NCBI GenBank assembly: GCA_039096225.1
Contig: JBBPEB010000004.1
Span: 682,001-746,000, forward strand
Direction: 5' to 3'
Length of the DNA stretch: 64,000 nucleotides
DNA from: Blastocystis sp. Blastoise
Taxonomy: Eukaryota; Protista; Bigyra: Opalinata
In this document: in pieces, positions 1 through 14,466 of the stretch
Numbering within the stretch: the stretch's first letter is position 1
Layout: every line of letters starts with the position of its first letter
Position numbers and translations under genes: made by a program
Notes under the pieces: model-generated
What the model saw: only the letters and a program-made list of their open reading frames with translations
Told to the model about the DNA's origin: nothing
Databases searched by the model: none

Positions 1-2
1 AA

Positions 3-3000
3 TCTGAATTAATAGAGGAGTATTCTATGCTTCTTAAAGATTCTATTGGTGAAGATATACAAAATAAAAAATTATTGAAATGTATTTATTTTGATTCATT
101 ATATAAGATACAACAAATAAGTGATTTTCAACATTATTTTATAAATAATAGTTTTTATATGTCGTATATGTTTATACATTATTTAAGTTTAAATAGAAAT
201 CAACGTTTTGAACATAATTATAATGGTGTCGCTATTGATAATAATATATATGAATTATTTCATCCAAATAATATATTGAATCAAAATAATATTCAAGAAA
301 TACTTAAGAATACTATTAGTACAAAGATGATTCAGTCTCTTTTATCTTTTTTAAGTTCTTGTCAATTGTCTACAGATAATGAAAGAAGTAATATACAGAA
401 TTCAGTTAATTTTTTTATATCACCAACAACATATAGAATATGTTTATTATATTTATTATCATTTTCATTATTACATCCATATCCTCTTTTATTAGAAGGT
501 GATCCAGGAATAGGTAAAACATTCCTCTCTGAAAATTATTTTAAATATTTACATATTCCTTATGTTAGAGTATCTTTCTCATCTTCATCTGAATTATCAA
601 CATTATTTGGAAATTATTCTATAGATAAAGATACAAATGAAATTATATTTCAATTGAATGATTTAGGTCTGTTATTAGTATTAAATGATCAAAGAGAAAA
701 GTTTCTTGAAAATGAAACTGATGAATCATATATATTTAATAAAAATTCATTAATTAATAAATTAAATAGATATATGAATTCTACATATAATAAATATAAT
801 AAGCAATTAACAATTGGTATTTTATTTGATGAAGTCAATCTAGCTAATGTTCATATATTAACAACATTATCTTCTTTGTTAGATTGTAGTGTTCATGGAA
901 AACCATTCTTTATACCTGGATATAATAAATTAATAAAATTACCTCAATTATATATTATTCTTACCCAAAATCCATCTATATTAACAAGTGGACGAAATAT
1001 TCTTCCAAATTCTATTGTTGAGAATTGTTTATATTATAAAGATATATATTATTCAGATGAGGAATTAGTATATATATCAAAAGAATTATTAAAGAAGTCA
1101 ACGAATCAACATCATTTAAGAAAAACGCATTATTGTATTACTATTCGAAATTATAAAAGTATATTATCTGAAGATTTAGTGAAACAAGTTATCTTATTAG
1201 CTATTCAAATATCTAAAAAACGAAATATTTCATTTTCTCTTCGAGATATTATAAAAGCAAATCAATTAATCCAGAAAGCACTTTTAAATCCTTATCTTGC
1301 AATTTACATAGCTATTGTAAGTAAATATTCTATTGAAGAACAAAAACAATTTTTATTATTATTATATAAACAAGAAACAAATCCTCTTGTATTTCAAGAT
1401 TCTTCAGGAAAGATTTATTCGTATAACAATCAAATGAATAATAATATTAATAATAATAATAATGTGATTAATAATGTGGCTAATAATAGTATTAATAATA
1501 ATATTAATATTAATAATAATCATGAGAATAATAATAATAATAATAATATAAATAATAATAGTGATAATATAAATAACAATAATATTTTTGATTCGTCTAT
1601 TTCCCAGAATTCTGAATATATAATTGTAGATGATTTTCAAAATTATATTTCATCTTTATTACCTAATGAATATGATTTATTTTCAAAATTAGAAATTAGT
1701 TATTCCATTAATAAGCCAATATTATTATATGGTCCTTCACCTTCAGGTAAAAATTATACTTTACGTTTATTTTCTGAATTTAAGCAAATGAATAATAAAA
1801 TTTATTATATATCTATCAATAATGACATGAATATGGATATATATATTGGTCATAAAGAAATATCATTTAATAATAATACTAAAAATGTTGAACCTGTCTT
1901 TTATGAAGGACCTATATTACAAGCAATGAGAAATGGTTATTGGATTGTTTTTCAAAATATACAAAATGCTAAAAATGATTTATTAGAACGATTTAATAGT
2001 TTATTAGAAGATAATTCACAATTTATTGTTTATGAAACTAATCCACCACTGTTATTTTCTCATGATCCTAATAATGGTATTCCTATACATAAAAATTTTA
2101 GAATATTTTTTATTTATTCAGGAATATCCTTAATGAATATTTCTTTGCCTATTCAAAGTCGTTGTATTTTATTACACTCAGAATCTATCTCAAATTCAGG
2201 TAATAATAACAATTATCTACAGAATAATTTGGATCTCATTACTGTTAATAAAAATCAACTCTCTTCTTTAACTAAGATTTCATGGAGACAAATGAAACGA
2301 ATGATTCAATATAAAACACTTGAAGACTTTATAGAAAAAGAAAATATTGTTTGTGAGAAAACGACAGAAAGTAAAATCACTATTATTCATAAACCTAAGT
2401 ATTTGTGCATATGTGACCAATTTGTGTTTATATTAGATCATAATATAGACTATAATAAAGAATTAGAAATGAGTCAATTTCTAAATATACTCTATGAATC
2501 AAATATATTACTTTTTTCGAATATTCCATTATTTTCTATTTATTCACTTATTCAAAAGAATTGGTATTCTTCTTCACTTTATCCTCTATTATTACAACTT
2601 TATTCTATTTTAGATCATTATTTACCATGTATTCAAACTCAATTAATCTATAACAAGAGAAAGAATTCATTAAATTATAATAGTAATGATCTAATAGATT
2701 CTAGTAAAATGTTTCAAAATATTAAAGAATCTCTATTTTTCAATTCTCGACAAATTGATGGTTATTTATTATTATCCAGATGTAAATTATTCGATTTTAA
2801 AGTATTCCAGCATAGCAAACAAGAATTAGCGAATTATGATATAATTACAAAAAATAAATATACAAATCCATTTTGTATGTTTTTTTTTAAAGATTTAGAA
2901 GAAAAATTACAGTTTACTTATATGTATTTTTATGAAAAAGAATTTGTAAATGAGATAAAAGAAAAAGAAATTGATTTGAAAATATTGTTTATAGATATAT

Positions 3001-6000
3001 CTTCAACTAATAAAGTAGATATTGAGAAGAAACAATCTGATTTTCTTTCTTTACTTGAACAATGTATATATTGTATTTTTAATTCAATGTCAACTTTATC
3101 AAAGAATGATTCTATATTTTTATTACATCTCTATTCAATCTACATACAGAATTCTATTCATTTCTATAAAGAAACTATACAAATCTTACATAGTCATAAT
3201 ACAAATAATTATAATCATGAAAGAATTAATTATTTATATAAAAATATTAAAAATATATATACTTCTATTATTTCTTTTCAATTATCTAATGAGTTTTTTT
3301 ATGAATTTACTCAATTTTTGAGTCAAATCTATTCTGATATTCAAATATACACAGAAAATAATAATATGAATCTTGAGTCACAAGATCTTCTAGTATCATC
3401 CAACATAATTGATGATAGAAGTTATTTATTTAATACAGATATCACTTCTTTAGAAGATTTATCATTTACTTCTACAACAACATGGAAAGAGATTATATCT
3501 ATACTTCATAATAATAGCCAACATGAGTTATATTTTAAATTATCTATATTATTATATCAACTTGAAAAGAATATAAATAGTAAAGAAAACTTGATATCTT
3601 CTTTAATTGATACTTTATGTAAATTAATGAATATCAAAGAAAAACAAGATTGGTTGAATCATTTAAATGATTTTATAACACTTATTAATTTCATTATGAA
3701 TATATGTTTATATAATAATCCATTACAGATCACTCCTGATTTATTATATTATTTAACTAATTATAATCTTTATATTCATAATAATATAAAATCAATTGAT
3801 ATAAAATTTATTATTATTAGTTATTCTGGATCACAAGATCATTCATATACAATTTATGAATTAAATGAATTATTTAAAGCATTTAGATATAATGATACTC
3901 TTTTTACTGATATTGAAAGTTGTTTTAAATATAATTCAGTTATCTTTGATTATAAATTTAATTATATATATCAATTAATGATAGAAAAGAATTCAGATTT
4001 ATTGAAAGAATGTATGAATCATATAAATTCATTAGTATATTATTATTTAAAAATTATACCTTTTTCAAAAGAAGATATTATTCTATTAGATAGCCAACAT
4101 GATATAGAGAAATTATTTTCTTCATCTTATTTCTCTACCTCTATTATTGGAAATCAATATATAAGTCAATATAAGCTAAGACAATATAATAATTTATATC
4201 AACTCAATATAAAATCATATACATATACTACTATTGATATTTTCCTATTAAATTCTCAATTGAGTATCCTAGATAAGTATTTAATAATATGTAAATATAA
4301 ACAGAATTATTATTATTATATGATAAATGCATATTTGAAATTATTTCAGAATTCTATATTGAAAGATGAATCCATAAACAAATGTTCCACTATTTTCCAA
4401 TTAGATCAATATCTATTTGAAAATGAACAATCTTTATTTTGTTTTGATACTATTCATGAAGAAATATCTAAATATAAAAATGAAGAAAATCAATTATCAA
4501 GAGAAATTGAAGAAAATAAGATTAAGCAATTATCTATTGTAGATACGATTATAAATCTACTTAATACAAATATAGAAAATAATAATAATGAAGTTGAAAA
4601 GCATAAAAATGAAATCATTCTTAACCAGCAAATGAAAAAGAACTATTTAGTTCAATTATGGTATTATTCATGGAATTTTCTTGTAAAGAATTTGAATGTA
4701 AACAATTCTTCTCAAGATATTAAAAATGACTCTATACTAGCAAATGATGATAATATCAAATTTATATGTAATCATTCTACTACTGAAGAACCAGACACAG
4801 TTTATTTGAAATTTTGTTTAATTAGATATCCATCTACTCTTAAGCAATTATCTATATCATTTACATTCTTAAATGATTCTATATACAAAGTACAACCTCC
4901 AAAAGAAGTATTTGTATATGAAAATAAAATTGAGAATCAATTTAGTACTAATGAAAATCAAAAGAACTATTTATTATTACCTTTACCTTATTCTATTTAT
5001 CCTATTTCTTTAAAAGTACATGAAAGTAATAATAATAATAATATATCTTTAGCATATTATTATTGTTCATATATATCTGATAATAGTAATTCAATAGATA
5101 GTTCAGAATTATCACAATTACTTTTAGAATATAATGATTATTTATTTTCATATTGTCATCAATTTAATATAGTGTATACACTTGATGAATTATTTAATCC
5201 TGATTATTATGAAACTTATTGCACAGATTCTACCGAATATATAAGTCAAGAACATTATTATAAAGTGAATATTAAAAAGAATGGATATCCTTTATTACTA
5301 TTATCATCTCCTTTATTTGATAAACATTATTCTTTATTCAATGAAATAAAAAACATACCCTCTCTATTATATATAAATTGTTCTAAGTATAAGATTATCC
5401 CAGTTTCTATTCCTAATAATGATTATAAGTGTCCATCAACTCCTTTTTCTAATTCATTAAAATCATCAAAAATATTTGATTTGTTAAATATGGAAAAAAT
5501 AAAGAATACATATAGTTATATAAAAGGCTTTTCACTAGAAAGAGACTATTTTCCTTTTTTAAATGATTCTATAAATAAGAATATGAATGATTTAAATGAA
5601 TTATGTTATTCTTATCGTACTATTATTAATAGCCAATCATTAATTGAGAAGAATAATCAAAAATTACAAAATGATTATAATAAAATTAAAAGCCAATTGT
5701 TATATCCAAAGTGTGAAGAAATAATGAATTTATTTAAAAATGAATTATTGAGTATTGATACTAAAGAAAATAATAAATTTCAAAACTCTAAATATCCTCT
5801 TTGCTTTATTGTATATCCTAAAAAATGTGAATCAAAGGATTATATTCCTTGTTTATATTCAACATTACAAGTCAATCAAAATGATCAACATTATCATATT
5901 GAATTATCAAATAATATTCCTTTGTTTCATACATCTACATTTACATTATTAGTTTATAATCCTTTTTCAATCAAAACCTCTTGTATTTGTAATAATAATA

Positions 6001-9000
6001 ATAATGTAAGAATTAGTGAAAACAATAATTTTTTAAAGATTTATATACCATTATTGAATAATAAGCAAGAAAATTATGAAACTAAAGAATATTCATTCAT
6101 CTATACACTTTATTATAATGATTGTAATAAATGTAACGATTATTATATTCATATTCATATAAAACCAGTTGAAATAAATTCTACAACTACTTATTTTTAT
6201 ACAATGGAACCAACAGAAATAAAATCAGGACAAAGTAATGATGAAATCTTTTTACAAACAAATAAGGATCATTTAACTATTGTTTCTAAAAATCAACAAT
6301 TTTCATTTATTGAAGGATCTGATAGTAAATTATCTATTTCAGGTTTAAATTGTAGAATAGTATTTAATTGTCAACTATCTAATGAAAATTATTATTATAA
6401 AATACAAAATAATAATCAAAACAATTCTAGTCTTTCATATTATACTGAAGAATTATATTATAATATGATTCAACCAGAAAACACTCTATTAGATGATATT
6501 TATAATACTCGAAATAATTGTACTTTAAACAATTCTCCTTTATATAAGATTTATTTCTATATTATGTCACTTCCTTTCTATGTTTTCAAAGAATCTTCAT
6601 ATCAGCAATCAATTATAAATTTTATTACAAAACTTACATTATCACAAAACTATAGTATTCCTGGATTTAATTCTTATTTGGTTTATATATTAGATATTTG
6701 CCGATATCTAAAAAGACCTTTTCTTTGGGAGAAAAAAATGAAACTTTATAATAATCAAGATACTACTGAAGTTCCTCATTCTATTGATGAATCTATGTTT
6801 CAAAAAGAAATAATGTCATTCTATATAAGACAAGATAAGCAAGATAAAAATGACGATGTTCTGAATGACAAAGAAAATCCTATTGATATTCAATCAAAAA
6901 GCAATAAAAATATATTATTAAATTCAGATATTAAAAAGAAGAATAATGACAAACATAAAGAACAAATTTTAATTGATTCTAATGATACAAACGGAGAGAT
7001 TAATTATAAGAAAACAGATATTCAAGATGCATTAGATGAATTTAATCATAATGATATAAATGATTATTATAGACATACAATATTATTAAGAAAAGAAGAT
7101 TTTAATTTTGTTTCTATTCCTTCTAATGATAATGGAATGGAAACTGCTATTACTATTCCAACAAATTGTCAAATTGATACATATTTAACAGGTTTTATAT
7201 ATGAATTATATCCATATTGTTATAACTGGTATGTTTCAATAAGAAATTCTTTTAATAAAAAACAATATGTAAAGAAAGTTAATATTATTATCGATTTAAA
7301 TTTCACACATAAGCATTATAAAGCACATATCAGAAGTATAATATCCAGTATTTTAGTTCTTCTCTTAGATAGTCTTTGTATACAATTTGATATTTATTGT
7401 ACAAATACAAAGAACCATTATTTTAAATTAAATTTTCAAAATTATAATATATACACAATAATAAGTTTTTTATTAGACTTAGAGAGTATTCAAAAGATTC
7501 CTTCTTGTCCTTTTGATCTTTTTGGTCAAAATAATATGAAACAAAAAATACAATCAGAAGTATTCTTTATGGTTACAGATGGTTTATCAGAACAATTATT
7601 ATCTGAATTCTTTATGTTACAAAATGATATAAAAATAATGATAAAGAATATTTATATATTTTTTATAGAAAGTATTTCATCAAATGATGATATACAACAA
7701 ATAATAAATCATTACCCTTTTCTTAATGAAAAATGTATTCGAAATGAACAACTAGATGAAGATAATAAGAGAGATATTTTTAGATTATTACAAAGCCATT
7801 TAAATGATCATATTTTTTGTATAGAGTCAAATAATTCAGAAACATCTTTATGTACACTTCCTGTAGTCTTTTGTCAATCGTTTTATACCAATAATGAATG
7901 TCAATATCTAGTAAATCATGAAATTATATACTCAAGTGATCAATTAGAGAAGTCGTATCCTATCTTTTCTTTTGATTATTATATCCATAATATTAATAAT
8001 ATTGTGAAATTCTCCAATAATATTAAAGAAGATTATATTGTATATCATCAAATTAATGATGGACTATTTGATTCTCTATCGAATTTAAATGATATTCAAC
8101 AAAAACAAAATAATAAGAACTATTCATTTACATTTTTATCTTCTTTAATAGAAATAATTAATACTGATGGTTTCTTTGAATTATTCAATCATACATATTT
8201 TCCTCCAATTAAAGCTACACAATGGGTATCATGTTCTACAGGTACAATTATTGATATACGAAAATATGTTGATTATTTAATTACAAAAGTAGGAGATCAG
8301 AAATTCTTTAAACAAAGAATTGGAGGTAAAATAAGAGATTATTCTGTAGGTATTCTTATCGATGTAGATTCAACTTCATTTAATTTTATTAATATACATC
8401 ATTCATTAAGTATGATACTTAATTTTATGTCTATATTAAAGGAATTAAATATAACTTCAGCAGATATATGGATATCTAATTTATGTTGTATAAATATTGC
8501 TACAAATATTAGTAGTGCAGAATTATTATCAGAAACAATACTTTATTTATTATTTAAACATATAGAATACAAAGGATATAAAAATTATAATACGAATAAT
8601 TATGAAACAGATTGGAAAGATTGTTCTTCTTTTTCTTCTTCGAATAATTCTTCGAATAATTCTTTAAATACTTCTTTAAATACTTCTTTAAATACTTCTT
8701 TAAATACTTCTTCGAATACTTCTTCGAATACTTTAAAAATACAATCAAATGAGAATTTGAATAAGAATAAAACATTTATTAATAATACTAATTTATGGAA
8801 TCCTCAATATCAAATAGAAAGTATATTACATTCAAAAATGAATTCTTTAGAAAGAAATATAAATTCTATACCAAAAGAGAATGATATGAATTCTATTCAT
8901 ATCGAATATGATGATAATAATGATTCTCTTCCTGGAACAATCGAAAATGCAATCACTTCTTTACTTTCTAGATCATCAAAACCTCTTTTATTTGTATTTA

Positions 9001-11006
9001 CAGATGGAATAAAAAGTTCTTTAACACAAAATAAAATTAAAAATCTTATCAAATCTACGATTATTCCTATTATTGGAATTGGTCTTGGTTATTCCATTCC
9101 AAAATCAATGATTTGTTTTGATACATTTTTATGGGGATCTACATCACATTCTTTTCAAACTGCTTTAAATAATTTATCAAATACATTTTATTCTGATAAT
9201 CTTACTTTAATAAATGTATCAACATCTTTAAATAGTGGCCATAACACACATAAAAAATATATATATAATGATGATATAATAAAAACTATTCATTATACAC
9301 AAGGTGTATATGAACGAAGACTTCAATATTTAAATTTAGATAGTGATACAAATGGTTTATATAAAAGAAAAGATCTAAATATTTCTGATTCTAATTCTGA
9401 TTTAGGAAAAGATCATAGTTTTGGATCTTTTAAATTATTATTTGTTATATTATATTTAAGAACTGAATTTCAGTTATATAAGGATCCTCATAAAGATTCA
9501 ACTATTACATATGATAATCTAATGAATGGACCTATTAAGAAATTACATGATCAAAAAGGATTTCAATATAATATTGTTTATAATTATTATGATGCAATAT
9601 TGGAATTAAAAACAGGAGATTATAAAGTAGCTATTATTACTTGTTCTGATGGTACAGGTCATTTCTATAAAGAATCAAGATCTGATGCCTCATACTATTT
9701 AGATTCTTTTTTCCATTGTTTAACTATATTCCATAAAAATGGTGGTGGTATATTTTGGTTATTGGATAATAATCCATTTGTTTATGAAGCTGAACAATGT
9801 TTTCAATATACGCCATTTATTACAGATCCTATACAACTTATAGATAAAACAAAAGTTATTCAAGGAGATAATATAATGAAACGAGATATATCTAATTCTA
9901 CAACAAATGATGTAAATAAAGGTACCTTTTTCCCTATAGGTTCAAAATTATATAGTAAAGAATTATCATTACCCTTAGATTTTGGTTTAATTAGTATATA
10001 TGAAGGTAAAACTTTAGCTTATATAAATGATGATGAAATAAAAAAAGTAGGATTTAAATTATTTGCTCGTTCTAATGAAGGTCCTGGTTGTATATATTAT
10101 CGTGATGCATTCTCTGATTCTGGTCGTATTATTGTTGATAATGGATCTACAAAATTATTTCAAGATTGGACTACTGATGGTACTTCAAGATATATTAGTA
10201 ATTGTGTTGTATGGCTATTACATATTGAACCTTATTTAAATGATAATAATATATCTCATCAAAATAAACAAATAAATACTATCGATACTCTATATACTAC
10301 TGTTAATATGAAAGGATTTTTATATGACGATATAATTGCTCGACCTCGTATACTTCCAACTACACAAGCAACTAAGTCTATTCATATATCTATAATATTA
10401 GATACTGGATTAAATGATGGAATGAAGAATACTAAAATACAATTGAAGAATATATTAATGAAAATACAAAATCAGTTATCTAATAATACAAAGAATAAAT
10501 CAACTGTCAATATACATCTATATAAATACAATACTGTAATGTATGAAATATCTCTTAAAGATTCGGATCTTTCAAAAATAGATATTGATGAGATATTTAA
10601 AGAAGGAAAGCAAAAACTAATTGGATCGAAACCTCCGTGTATTTTATGTTATCGATCACTTGAAATCATTTTATATGCTTTACAATCTATTATTCCAACT
10701 TCTGATTTTTATCATTGTTTAATTATATCTGGTAAACGTAAATATCATAAAGAAGATTGTAAAGCTTCAAATACTATTAAGACTGATAAAAATAAAATTT
10801 TACAGATAATGATGCAAAAGAAAACAAAATTCTTTATTATTAATAGTCAGAATGAATTTATCACTGATATGCAATCTATTTTTGGAAATATTCATAATAG
10901 ATTATTATATATGGAAATAATAGATAATAACAATCTAGATAATATTTATAATAGTATAAAACCACATCTAGAAGATGTAGAGACATGTACAAATAGTCAA
11001 TTATAG
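3..11006 (+). CDS. Giant intronless midasin/dynein-related (MoxR-clade) AAA+ protein with long linker, three vWA-like domains and a GATase/GIFT-like domain; 5'-partial
   Basis: Frame is open from base 3 (TCT GAA TTA ATA GAG GAG TAT TCT ATG), so the start lies upstream. AAA module 1: LLLEGDPGIGKT, ILFDEVNLA, ILTQNP, FSLRDIIK. Module 2 is degenerate: LLYGPSPSGKN, EGPILQAMRNGYWIVFQN, LERFNSLLE, IHKNFRIFF. Midasin-like pre-MIDAS segment PIKATQW..TGTIIDIRKYVDYL..KFFKQRIGGKIRDYSVGILID; TDG motifs (MVTDG, VFTDG). Confidence 0.8.
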   Translation, partial: SELIEEYSMLLKDSIGEDIQNKKLLKCIYFDSLYKIQQISDFQHYFINNSFYMSYMFIHYLSLNRNQRFEHNYNGVAIDNNIYELFHPNNILNQNNIQEILKNTISTKMIQSLLSFLSSCQLSTDNERSNIQNSVNFFISPTTYRICLLYLLSFSLLHPYPLLLEGDPGIGKTFLSENYFKYLHIPYVRVSFSSSSELSTLFGNYSIDKDTNEIIFQLNDLGLLLVLNDQREKFLENETDESYIFNKNSLINKLNRYMNSTYNKYNKQLTIGILFDEVNLANVHILTTLSSLLDCSVHGKPFFIPGYNKLIKLPQLYIILTQNPSILTSGRNILPNSIVENCLYYKDIYYSDEELVYISKELLKKSTNQHHLRKTHYCITIRNYKSILSEDLVKQVILLAIQISKKRNISFSLRDIIKANQLIQKALLNPYLAIYIAIVSKYSIEEQKQFLLLLYKQETNPLVFQDSSGKIYSYNNQMNNNINNNNNVINNVANNSINNNININNNHENNNNNNNINNNSDNINNNNIFDSSISQNSEYIIVDDFQNYISSLLPNEYDLFSKLEISYSINKPILLYGPSPSGKNYTLRLFSEFKQMNNKIYYISINNDMNMDIYIGHKEISFNNNTKNVEPVFYEGPILQAMRNGYWIVFQNIQNAKNDLLERFNSLLEDNSQFIVYETNPPLLFSHDPNNGIPIHKNFRIFFIYSGISLMNISLPIQSRCILLHSESISNSGNNNNYLQNNLDLITVNKNQLSSLTKISWRQMKRMIQYKTLEDFIEKENIVCEKTTESKITIIHKPKYLCICDQFVFILDHNIDYNKELEMSQFLNILYESNILLFSNIPLFSIYSLIQKNWYSSSLYPLLLQLYSILDHYLPCIQTQLIYNKRKNSLNYNSNDLIDSSKMFQNIKESLFFNSRQIDGYLLLSRCKLFDFKVFQHSKQELANYDIITKNKYTNPFCMFFFKDLEEKLQFTYMYFYEKEFVNEIKEKEIDLKILFIDISSTNKVDIEKKQSDFLSLLEQCIYCIFNSMSTLSKNDSIFLLHLYSIYIQNSIHFYKETIQILHSHNTNNYNHERINYLYKNIKNIYTSIISFQLSNEFFYEFTQFLSQIYSDIQIYTENNNMNLESQDLLVSSNIIDDRSYLFNTDITSLEDLSFTSTTTWKEIISILHNNSQHELYFKLSILLYQLEKNINSKENLISSLIDTLCKLMNIKEKQDWLNHLNDFITLINFIMNICLYNNPLQITPDLLYYLTNYNLYIHNNIKSIDIKFIIISYSGSQDHSYTIYELNELFKAFRYNDTLFTDIESCFKYNSVIFDYKFNYIYQLMIEKNSDLLKECMNHINSLVYYYLKIIPFSKEDIILLDSQHDIEKLFSSSYFSTSIIGNQYISQYKLRQYNNLYQLNIKSYTYTTIDIFLLNSQLSILDKYLIICKYKQNYYYYMINAYLKLFQNSILKDESINKCSTIFQLDQYLFENEQSLFCFDTIHEEISKYKNEENQLSREIEENKIKQLSIVDTIINLLNTNIENNNNEVEKHKNEIILNQQMKKNYLVQLWYYSWNFLVKNLNVNNSSQDIKNDSILANDDNIKFICNHSTTEEPDTVYLKFCLIRYPSTLKQLSISFTFLNDSIYKVQPPKEVFVYENKIENQFSTNENQKNYLLLPLPYSIYPISLKVHESNNNNNISLAYYYCSYISDNSNSIDSSELSQLLLEYNDYLFSYCHQFNIVYTLDELFNPDYYETYCTDSTEYISQEHYYKVNIKKNGYPLLLLSSPLFDKHYSLFNEIKNIPSLLYINCSKYKIIPVSIPNNDYKCPSTPFSNSLKSSKIFDLLNMEKIKNTYSYIKGFSLERDYFPFLNDSINKNMNDLNELCYSYRTIINSQSLIEKNNQKLQNDYNKIKSQLLYPKCEEIMNLFKNELLSIDTKENNKFQNSKYPLCFIVYPKKCESKDYIPCLYSTLQVNQNDQHYHIELSNNIPLFHTSTFTLLVYNPFSIKTSCICNNNNNVRISENNNFLKIYIPLLNNKQENYETKEYSFIYTLYYNDCNKCNDYYIHIHIKPVEINSTTTYFYTMEPTEIKSGQSNDEIFLQTNKDHLTIVSKNQQFSFIEGSDSKLSISGLNCRIVFNCQLSNENYYYKIQNNNQNNSSLSYYTEELYYNMIQPENTLLDDIYNTRNNCTLNNSPLYKIYFYIMSLPFYVFKESSYQQSIINFITKLTLSQNYSIPGFNSYLVYILDICRYLKRPFLWEKKMKLYNNQDTTEVPHSIDESMFQKEIMSFYIRQDKQDKNDDVLNDKENPIDIQSKSNKNILLNSDIKKKNNDKHKEQILIDSNDTNGEINYKKTDIQDALDEFNHNDINDYYRHTILLRKEDFNFVSIPSNDNGMETAITIPTNCQIDTYLTGFIYELYPYCYNWYVSIRNSFNKKQYVKKVNIIIDLNFTHKHYKAHIRSIISSILVLLLDSLCIQFDIYCTNTKNHYFKLNFQNYNIYTIISFLLDLESIQKIPSCPFDLFGQNNMKQKIQSEVFFMVTDGLSEQLLSEFFMLQNDIKIMIKNIYIFFIESISSNDDIQQIINHYPFLNEKCIRNEQLDEDNKRDIFRLLQSHLNDHIFCIESNNSETSLCTLPVVFCQSFYTNNECQYLVNHEIIYSSDQLEKSYPIFSFDYYIHNINNIVKFSNNIKEDYIVYHQINDGLFDSLSNLNDIQQKQNNKNYSFTFLSSLIEIINTDGFFELFNHTYFPPIKATQWVSCSTGTIIDIRKYVDYLITKVGDQKFFKQRIGGKIRDYSVGILIDVDSTSFNFINIHHSLSMILNFMSILKELNITSADIWISNLCCINIATNISSAELLSETILYLLFKHIEYKGYKNYNTNNYETDWKDCSSFSSSNNSSNNSLNTSLNTSLNTSLNTSSNTSSNTLKIQSNENLNKNKTFINNTNLWNPQYQIESILHSKMNSLERNINSIPKENDMNSIHIEYDDNNDSLPGTIENAITSLLSRSSKPLLFVFTDGIKSSLTQNKIKNLIKSTIIPIIGIGLGYSIPKSMICFDTFLWGSTSHSFQTALNNLSNTFYSDNLTLINVSTSLNSGHNTHKKYIYNDDIIKTIHYTQGVYERRLQYLNLDSDTNGLYKRKDLNISDSNSDLGKDHSFGSFKLLFVILYLRTEFQLYKDPHKDSTITYDNLMNGPIKKLHDQKGFQYNIVYNYYDAILELKTGDYKVAIITCSDGTGHFYKESRSDASYYLDSFFHCLTIFHKNGGGIFWLLDNNPFVYEAEQCFQYTPFITDPIQLIDKTKVIQGDNIMKRDISNSTTNDVNKGTFFPIGSKLYSKELSLPLDFGLISIYEGKTLAYINDDEIKKVGFKLFARSNEGPGCIYYRDAFSDSGRIIVDNGSTKLFQDWTTDGTSRYISNCVVWLLHIEPYLNDNNISHQNKQINTIDTLYTTVNMKGFLYDDIIARPRILPTTQATKSIHISIILDTGLNDGMKNTKIQLKNILMKIQNQLSNNTKNKSTVNIHLYKYNTVMYEISLKDSDLSKIDIDEIFKEGKQKLIGSKPPCILCYRSLEIILYALQSIIPTSDFYHCLIISGKRKYHKEDCKASNTIKTDKNKILQIMMQKKTKFFIINSQNEFITDMQSIFGNIHNRLLYMEIIDNNNLDNIYNSIKPHLEDVETCTNSQL
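8631..8733 (+). repeat. In-frame 12-nt minisatellite (TTCTTCGAATAA / TTCTTTAAATAC units) encoding SSNN/SLNT/SSNT
   Basis: About 8 tandem 12-mers read directly; translation SSNNSSNNSLNTSLNTSLNTSLNTSSNTSSNT. Confidence 0.9.
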
Positions 11007-11645
11007 TCAAACCCGTCCTTAAATTCTATTTATTTTTTTAATATAATTTTGTATTTTATTTTATCTATTTGTTAGTTTATATATATATATATCTTGTAAT
11101 CATATTGTTTGTTATATAATATATATTATTATTTGGTTGAATGATAGATTGATGTGTTTGTTTTCAAGAATGCCAAGTTATAAAGAGAAAAAGTTGCCCA
11201 TATTAAAAACATATGTGAAATAGAACATGTATTCTATTATTAATTATATAAATTATTGAGAAATACTGTTTTTATTGATCTAAAAAAGTAGTGACAGTGA
11301 AATCCTATTCACATATTCTAATATAACATTTTTAATACTAAAAATTGTAGAACAATATTTTTTTGGTTTATTATTCAATTTTTCAAAAGTGTTAAACCAT
11401 AGTATAATCAAATGACAAAACAAGATATATAATAATAAGTCACTTTGAAGAGTTAAAATTATATATATACGAGTTATTTATATATATGTAGAATTAAAAA
11501 AAAATTAGAAAAGAGAAAAAACAAGAAAAAATATGAAAAAATAGAGAAAAAAAGAAAAGAAAATAACAATGACCAATGAATGATCATATATATATAGATA
11601 TATAGAACAAGTATTACATTATATATAGATTACAATACAACCCCT

Positions 11646-14466
<2,821 letters not shown>

